Source: Eledone cirrhosa
Taxonomy: Eukaryota
Direction of reading: 5' to 3'
Assembly (NCBI GenBank): GCA_964016885.1
Contig: OZ024745.1
Coordinates: 20,708,001 to 20,772,000 of the forward strand
DNA: 64,000 nucleotides
The notes under the pieces were generated by a model, which did not search any database, was not told where the DNA came from, and saw nothing but the letters and a program-made list of their open reading frames with translations. Shown in pieces: positions 56,363 through 64,000 of this stretch. Each line of letters starts with the position of its first letter. The stretch's first letter is position 1. The translations under genes and the position numbers were made by a program.

Positions 56363-58481
56363 TTGTCGTAGTTCAGCTTAGCCCCTGTCAACCTTTCGTA
56401 CTCCTCCAGTAAGGTGCCGATTGCCCCGATTTCCGAGGTGGTCGACACCATTACTGTTACGTCATCGGCGTAGGCCGTCACCGCTTTGCGCAATCCCGGT
56501 TCCAAAAGGATGCCCTGCAACAACTCCAACTTCCGCAGTAGTGGCACGAGAGCCAATACATACAGAAGGGAGGAGAGAGGGCACCCCTGTCGGATGGAGC
56601 GGGTGATTTCGAACGGCTCCGAGAGGTAGCCGTTCACCTTGACTCTAGAGCAGATGCGGCTGCTATGCAGGGCAGTGATCCAGCCCCTTAAAACGGTTCC
56701 GAAACCAGCCGCCGCTAGCACCGCATCCAGGTAACCATGATCCACCCTATCGAAAGCTTTAGACTGATCTAAATTGATGAGGTCCCCACCAAAGCCGGGT
56801 TCGTTCCCAACAATCTCTATGATGTATCGCATCATGTGGAGGTTGTCGTGGATGGACCTGGACGGGATAGCGCATGTCTGCGCATCTCCCACCAGGCCCT
56901 CCACACCTTGGCCAAAATCTTTAACTCTGCATTTAGCAGAGTTATGGGCCTAACTAATGTCATCCCTCTTGTTCTCGTCCTTCCTCACTAGCGAGACTAC
57001 GCCCTTGGTCACAGAACAGGGAATTCTCCCGTTCTGTTGCCAGTTGCAGTAGACCGCCTCGAGGAGATCCGGGAACAAGTCCGGCATATTATTATATAGT
57101 TCGTAGGGCAGACCATCGATGCCTGGAGATTTGCGTTTGCCGCATAGGCTTAGCACGTCCCATGTTTCAGCAGCTGAGATCGGCCTGTCGCAGGACCTCG
57201 CCTCCTCGTCCGAAAGACGCGGCAGGCCGTCGAGGTATGGACCGAAATCCACATCCCCAACCGGCTTCCCGCCCCTCACGAACAATCGGGCAAAGTGCAT
57301 TTTAAAGGCCTCGCACATTTGCTTAGTTTCAAGGATCACCCGTCCATCCTGATCTCGCAAAGACCGGATAGTGGATCTAATCCCACTTTTGGCTTCTGTC
57401 ACGCGGGCCCAGCTAACAGCTTTGGTCCCCTCGTTTTCCAGAGCACGTATTTTGCTTCGGACAACGCAGCCTTCGTGTTTCGGGTCGAAGAACTGGCTCG
57501 AGGCCGTTCTCGACGCTTGCACTCTGGCCACGTTGTCGCTTCTAATTGCCTCTTCAACATTAACTACCAACTCCCTTTCCTTCCTATTTCTATCTGAGGC
57601 TAACTCCTTACTAACTCCTATTGAAACTACTCTAATCTCTCTTTTCAGAGAGCCCCACCACCTGCTGTTGACGATGGCTCCCGTCAACCACTCCTTAACT
57701 AAGGTTCTAATCCGGTCCCTGTAAGCTCTACTTGCCGGTAAGGACAAGTTGAGCTTCCAGTAACCGGGTCCCTGCCTATGCGTTCTATCAAGGTGGACTA
57801 TCTAGGTCACTAACTTGTGGTCTGAATAGCCAACCATGAGCATTTCTGGACAACTTAAAAAGTCCCTATTCTTAATTCTAACTAAGAACCTATCTACGTA
57901 CGATCTAGATTGACCGCTGTGGTTTGTCCAAGTCCAGGTTGGCACAGTCGGAAAATCTAGTCGATATTTATCGGCCAGGTCAAATCGGCCGATTAACCCC
58001 TTGAGGTTGTTACACCTCCCTCTATCGGGACATGCCCCTACATAGTCCCAACGTGCATCTAGGATACCATTTCAGTCCCCCACTAAAAACAAGGAGCGGG
58101 ACGTCCCTAGAAAAGTCTCCAGACGATGGAAGAAGTCCGGCCGCATTGCCCCAAAAGGGGCGTAAACGGCGACCAGCCTAAAAGCTTCGCCTTCACCACT
58201 GCCAAGGTCCAGAACCATTAGTCGACCCTCCGGGGTGTAGCGAGACCCAGATGTTTTTGCAGCAGAACGACAACCCCACTCCAACTTCCGGGCTGACAGA
58301 GAGATGCGTGCATCTCAAATTCATCAAAGGTGGGGGCTAGTTGTCGTGCGCTGCTGATCCGGCCCTCGCAAATAACCATCACATTTATACATCGTGACCT
58401 GAGGTCATTTAGAAGTTTAGCTTGCTTCCAAGGTGAGCCCAGGCCACGCGCATTTAGACAACCCACTCTTAACACAGCCAT
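56363..58481 (-). pseudogene. ORF2 apurinic endonuclease-reverse transcriptase (disrupted)
   Basis: GCLNARGL, VAVYAP, LVGD, SDH, KSPGIDGLPYE, LDQSKAFDRVDH, RQGCPLS, AYADDVT across several frames. Confidence 0.9.
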
Positions 58482-58911
58482 GCGTCTCGGGGTCCGGGCT
58501 GTTCAGTTTCCATGGGGGTGGGGTGGAGTAGTTGTTGGGGGCTGGTGGTTTGTGGTGGGAGGGGGGGGGGGGGTATTAGTGTGTGGAGGGGTTGGGTGTT
58601 TGGAATTCTGGGTATTTGAGGAGGGGGGACTTTCAGGAGGACGCGGTTGTGCGGCCTGGTGCAGGGTGGCCCCACGTCCTCAGGGTAAATGTTTTTCAAT
58701 GTCTTAAAAATGTCAAGTGGGACCTTTCAGGTTAGAGAGTCCCATTGCCATTGTAAAATTCAGCCCTTCGGTTTGTACCGAAGGGTTATTGTTTATTTTG
58801 TCTGCTAAGTTTTTATTGTTTTTGTTTATGTATGTGTAGAGTTTTTGTGTTGTGTTTGTTTTTGTTTGTTGTTCTTGAGTGTGCTTGCGTTTTGTTGTAT
58901 GTTTTGTGTTG

Positions 58912-60075
58912 TCAGGTGGGGTTATTTTTGTTTGTGTGGTGTGTGTACGTTTTTTTCTTTTGACTTTTTTGGAAGGGAGCCCCCTCGTCTTCCGAGGATA
59001 TGAGCTCCTCTTCCGTATTGGAGGGGAGGGGTATATTACCAGGTTGTGTTTGCACTGCGTGTGTTTTTGTATTTGTATTCTGAGGGGAGGGGCTGGGTGG
59101 GACCGTGTTTTGGGTTGTTTTCTTGAGCTGTTGTTGTTGATGTTGTTGTGGTGGTGTTGGTGGTGTTATTGTTTGTGGTGTTTGTAATAATAGTTTCTTT
59201 TTTATCAGTCGAGGGCATGCAGCCCTCAGGTGACCTCTGCTTGCGCAGTGGTAACACGCAGGTCGCCTACCATCAACTGAAATATTTATGTAGGTCTCTC
59301 CATCTAAATGAATTCTCTGTGGGATCTTCGCTATCCTTTCTGGGCTCATCTGCACCAGAAGTTCTAGGCTGGTCCCACTAAAGACCTCTCTGGGGGACTT
59401 TCCACCTTAGATTATAATGTCTTGGTTAAGGTCTAAAACGCCACAAAGTAGCCACCTAGTGTCTACTTTGGGTTTTATGCAGGTGAATTTTATTTTTTGA
59501 GACCTTCTTCCCATGTAAGACGGTATAAAGGTGAAGTGGGTGGCTACAATGGGCGCAATAGAATGTTTTTGCGCCGTTTCTTGATCCTTCATAAGCACCG
59601 AGATGCTACCGAAGAGTTTTCCTTTTTGAATGAACAAAATGTTTACCATTTGGTTCCTTAAAACCAACTCTATCTCACTCTGAGACGGTTGTACTGGTTT
59701 TTTTTTTGTAGCATTCGAGATTGTCCTGAACACCACCGTGCTGGTGGCAATTTCTCTTTTTATTTCTTCTTGGGAATTAATGCTGAATGAACAATCGGGT
59801 TCGAAAGTCACATATCTTTTTGCTTCTTCCAACTTTTGCTTTGCGTTGGTTAAATCTAAAGGTAGGAACACTTGTGTTATTTTTACAGTGTCCGCAAAGG
59901 AAATTTTGTTGTTGTCTTTCTTGTTATTGTTGTTGTTGTCGCTGTTCACTTTGGTGTTCGTATTGGTGTCGATAATTTTTCCGTTGCTGGTATTATTTCC
60001 AATTTGTGTCTTTTCTGTTGTTGACTGTTGTTCCTTATTAACGTTTTTCGTTAAAGGAAGGGGGAAGCTGGGCAC
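58912..60075 (-). pseudogene. ORF1 gag-like nucleic-acid-binding protein (disrupted)
   Basis: SFAD motif near the N-terminus; CYHCASRGHLRAAC CCHC knuckle; internal stop at ~59407. Confidence 0.8.
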
Positions 60076-61062
60076 TTTGTGCTTTCATTTTTCCTCGAAG
60101 ATTTTTTTTTTCTTTGGGGAGCGTGGCACCATGGTATTAATGCCGTCCATTACTACAAGCTGAGTTAACAAAATTGTAAGAAGAAAACTTTCACCCCAAA
60201 AAAGGGCGAAAACAATAATAACCCCAACGTCTGCAGGCCCAAACGAGGGGTTAAACTATATCACAATAGAAAAATAAATCCCCAAACTCACTCTTTAAAA
60301 GGTAAAACCAATGTAAAACACAGAGCTCGTTACTACACGTCTACCTCCGTCGACAGACACACAGACAGACAGACAAACAGACAGACACACTGACAGACAG
60401 ACAGACAGACAGACACACAGACACACAGACAGAGAGACAGACACAGTCAGACACAGACAGACAGACAGAGAGAGAGACAGACTGATAGACAGAGAGACAC
60501 CTATTTTAATATTTATATTTCTAAACATGAGATGTATTAGAGTTAAGGTTTCTTTGAGAAGACATAGTGTGAAGTTATGTGTCTTAGACACGTTTTCTGT
60601 GTGTATGTGTGTGCACGTACATATGTGTGTATATGTGTATATGCGTGAGTATATGTGTATATGCGTGAGTATATGTGTGTGCACGTACATATGTGTGAAT
60701 ATGTGTATATGCGTATGTATATGTGTATATGTGTATATATGTATATATGTGTGTGTATGTGTATATGCGTATATGTGTATATGTGTATATGTGTATATGT
60801 GTATATGTATGAATGTGTATATGCGTATGTACATGTGTATATGTGTATATGCGTATGTATATGTATATATGTATATGTGTGTATGTGCATATGTGTATAT
60901 GCGTGTATGTGTATATATATTTGAGTGCATGCGTGTGTATATGTCTCTGTGTGTAGGTGTTTGAGTGGTGACATTCCTATTCTATGTGTGCGTGTATTAA
61001 TGTGTATATGCCTCTAGAAACTCACATACATATATATATATACACACATCACTACACTTACG

Positions 61063-61103
<41 letters not shown>

Positions 61104-61104
61104 T

Positions 61105-61142
<38 letters not shown>

Positions 61143-61167
61143 TGTATACACAGATGCACACATTCCT

Positions 61168-61238
<71 letters not shown>

Positions 61239-61581
61239 TACATATATATGCGAGTGTGTGTATATATAAGTGTAAGTACGTGTGCGGCTGTTTGTGAGTG
61301 ATCGTTTAAGGCTTACGTCAGCAAGAGTGTGTAGGTGTGCGTATGTTTAGGTTAGTGAGTAAATGTGTGTTTCTATGCTTTTACGTATGTGCAGCTGTTG
61401 CTATACGTGCAAGCCTAGCGTTTGGCCCACACGACCAGAATATTGGAGAATATATATGTAGAACCTATACATATGTATGTATACTTGTATGAGTGTATGT
61501 GTATGTATATGTGTAGAGGTATATGTGCAAGCACAAACATATATGTTATACACACATACACTAATATATGTATATATGTAC

Positions 61582-61622
<41 letters not shown>

Positions 61623-61653
61623 TATATATTTATATATATACACACACATATAT

Positions 61654-61714
<61 letters not shown>

Positions 61715-61906
61715 GTATATATATATATATTATATATATAGATAGAGACATACATATATATATATATATATATATATGCATATATACATACTTACATTCA
61801 TACATACGTACATACGTACATTCATACAAATTGTTGTATACATACATGTATACATACATACATACATACACATATACATACATACATACATACATACATA
61901 CATACA

Positions 61907-61937
<31 letters not shown>

Positions 61938-61974
61938 GTACATAGGTACATACATACATACATACATACATACA

Positions 61975-62005
<31 letters not shown>

Positions 62006-62038
62006 GTACATATGTACATACATACATACATACATACA

Positions 62039-62069
<31 letters not shown>

Positions 62070-62086
62070 GTACATAGGTACATACA

Positions 62087-62117
<31 letters not shown>

Positions 62118-62619
62118 GTACATACATACATACATACATACATACATACATACATACATACATACATACATACATACATACATACATAGCTAAGCATGTA
62201 CGTCTTCAGTGTGTGCGATAATTGTACGTAACTAAATGCGTGTACATCGTGAGAAATGTGACGAGTTGTTTTCCGTTTTCATCGGTTGGTGTTGGTGCAG
62301 GGATGGTGTTGGTGTTGGTGCAGGTATGATGTTGGTGTTGGTGCAGGGATGGTGTTGGTGTTGGTGCAGGGATGGTGTTGGTGCAGGGTTGGTGTTGGTG
62401 TTGGTGCAGGGATGGTGTTGGTGCAGGGTTGGTGTTGGTGCAGGGTGTGGATACGAGGACGGGAGGGTTCGATCGTGCTATTCTGGCACGGTTATTCTTC
62501 AGGCCTTTGCTAATATCAACGATGGAGACGTGACTACTGAACACGGCAAATGGAAAATGGTGGTAGGAAGGATCGTGTTAGTACGTGTGGCAAATGCAAA
62601 CACATGACTGCAGACGTTC

Positions 62620-63740
62620 AGATACACATATACATACGTACATATATACATACGTACATACACATATAGATAAGTACATACACATATACATACGTGCATA
62701 TACATATAGATAAGTACATACACATATACATACCTGCATATACATATCATATAGATACGTACATACACATATACATACGTGCATACACATATAGATAAGT
62801 ACATACACATATACATACGTGCATACACATATAGATAAGTACATACACATATACATACGTACATACACATATAGATAAGTACATACACATATACATACGT
62901 GCATATACATATAGATAAGTACATACACATATACATACGTGCATATACATATAGATAAGTACATACACATATACATACGTGCATATACATATAGATAAGT
63001 ACATACACATATACATACGTGCATACACATATAGATAAGTACATACACATATACATACGTGCATACACATATAGATAAGTACATACACATATACATACGT
63101 ACATACAAATATAGATAAGTACATACACATATACATACGTGCATATACATATAGATAAGTACATACAAATATACATACGTGCATATACATATGGATAAGT
63201 ACATACACATATACATACGTACATACACATATAGATAAGTACATACACATATACATACGTGCATATACATATAGATAAGTACATACACATATACATACGT
63301 GCATATACATATAGATAAGTACATACACATATACATACGTGCATATACATATAGATACGTACATACATATACTCATACGTGCATACACATATAGATAAGT
63401 ACATACACATATACATACGTACATACACATATAGATAAGTACATACACATATACATACGTGCATATACATATAGATAAGTACATACACATATACATACGT
63501 GCATATACATATAGATAAGTACATACACATATACATACGTGCATATACATATAGATACGTACATACATATACTCATACGTGCATACACATATAGATAAGT
63601 ACATACACATATACATACGTACATACATATATAGATAAGTACATACATATATACATACGTACATACATATATTGATAAGTGCATACACATATAGATACAT
63701 ACATACACATATACATACGTACATACATATATAGATACAT
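62620..63740. repeat. 40-bp minisatellite (~27 copies) built from microsatellite-like sequence
   Basis: ACATACACATATACATACGTGCATATACATATAGATAAGT repeated. Confidence 0.95.
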
Positions 63741-63959
63741 ACATACATTATATGCATACATACATATATACATAAACATATAAAGACATATATTATATAC
63801 ATTACATATATATACATATACAGACATATATGCATTCTTATTCATTGACATATGGCTTCATTCATTAACATTCATATATATGTATATATAAGCGTATATA
63901 TACATTCATATATATAGGTATATATAAGCGTATATATACATACATATATATATATATAT

Positions 63960-64000
<41 letters not shown>

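Larger units (their letters stand above)
56360..60350 (-). mobile_element. Tx1/L1-clade LINE, 5' end retained, 3' end missing
   Basis: ORF1 with zinc knuckle and ORF2 with APE + RT; 5' terminus ACGGAGGTAGACGTG..GAGCTC next to (GACA)n. Confidence 0.9.

Overview
AT-rich, microsatellite-saturated eukaryotic intergenic or intronic DNA with no recognisable host protein-coding exon. The tRNA-derived SINE families resemble, from memory, those of octopus/cephalopod genomes; this is unverified. Nearly all ORF-track entries are translations of simple repeats. The real coding remnants are retrotransposons: a near full-length R4/Dong-like RLE LINE (45.2-49.2 kb, +), a Tx1/L1-like LINE (56.4-60.35 kb, -), a Penelope-like GIY-YIG remnant (26.9-27.8 kb), and RTE, RLE and ORF1 fragments. 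SINEs, non-autonomous Helitrons, mariner/pogo/hAT-like MITEs and minisatellites are also present. The highlight is a nearly homogeneous 310-bp tandem array (1-1752, open at the left edge). Each unit carries a complete minimal type-I hammerhead ribozyme (CUGAUGA...GAAACGCGUA) with a palindromic stem III, inside a long closing helix. This is the architecture of a non-LTR retrozyme predicted to yield ~310-nt self-cleaved or circular RNAs. Several other hammerhead-like, fold-back elements, mostly in (TA)n tracts, and a hammerhead-bearing Penelope remnant suggest a family of Penelope-mobilised ribozyme elements.
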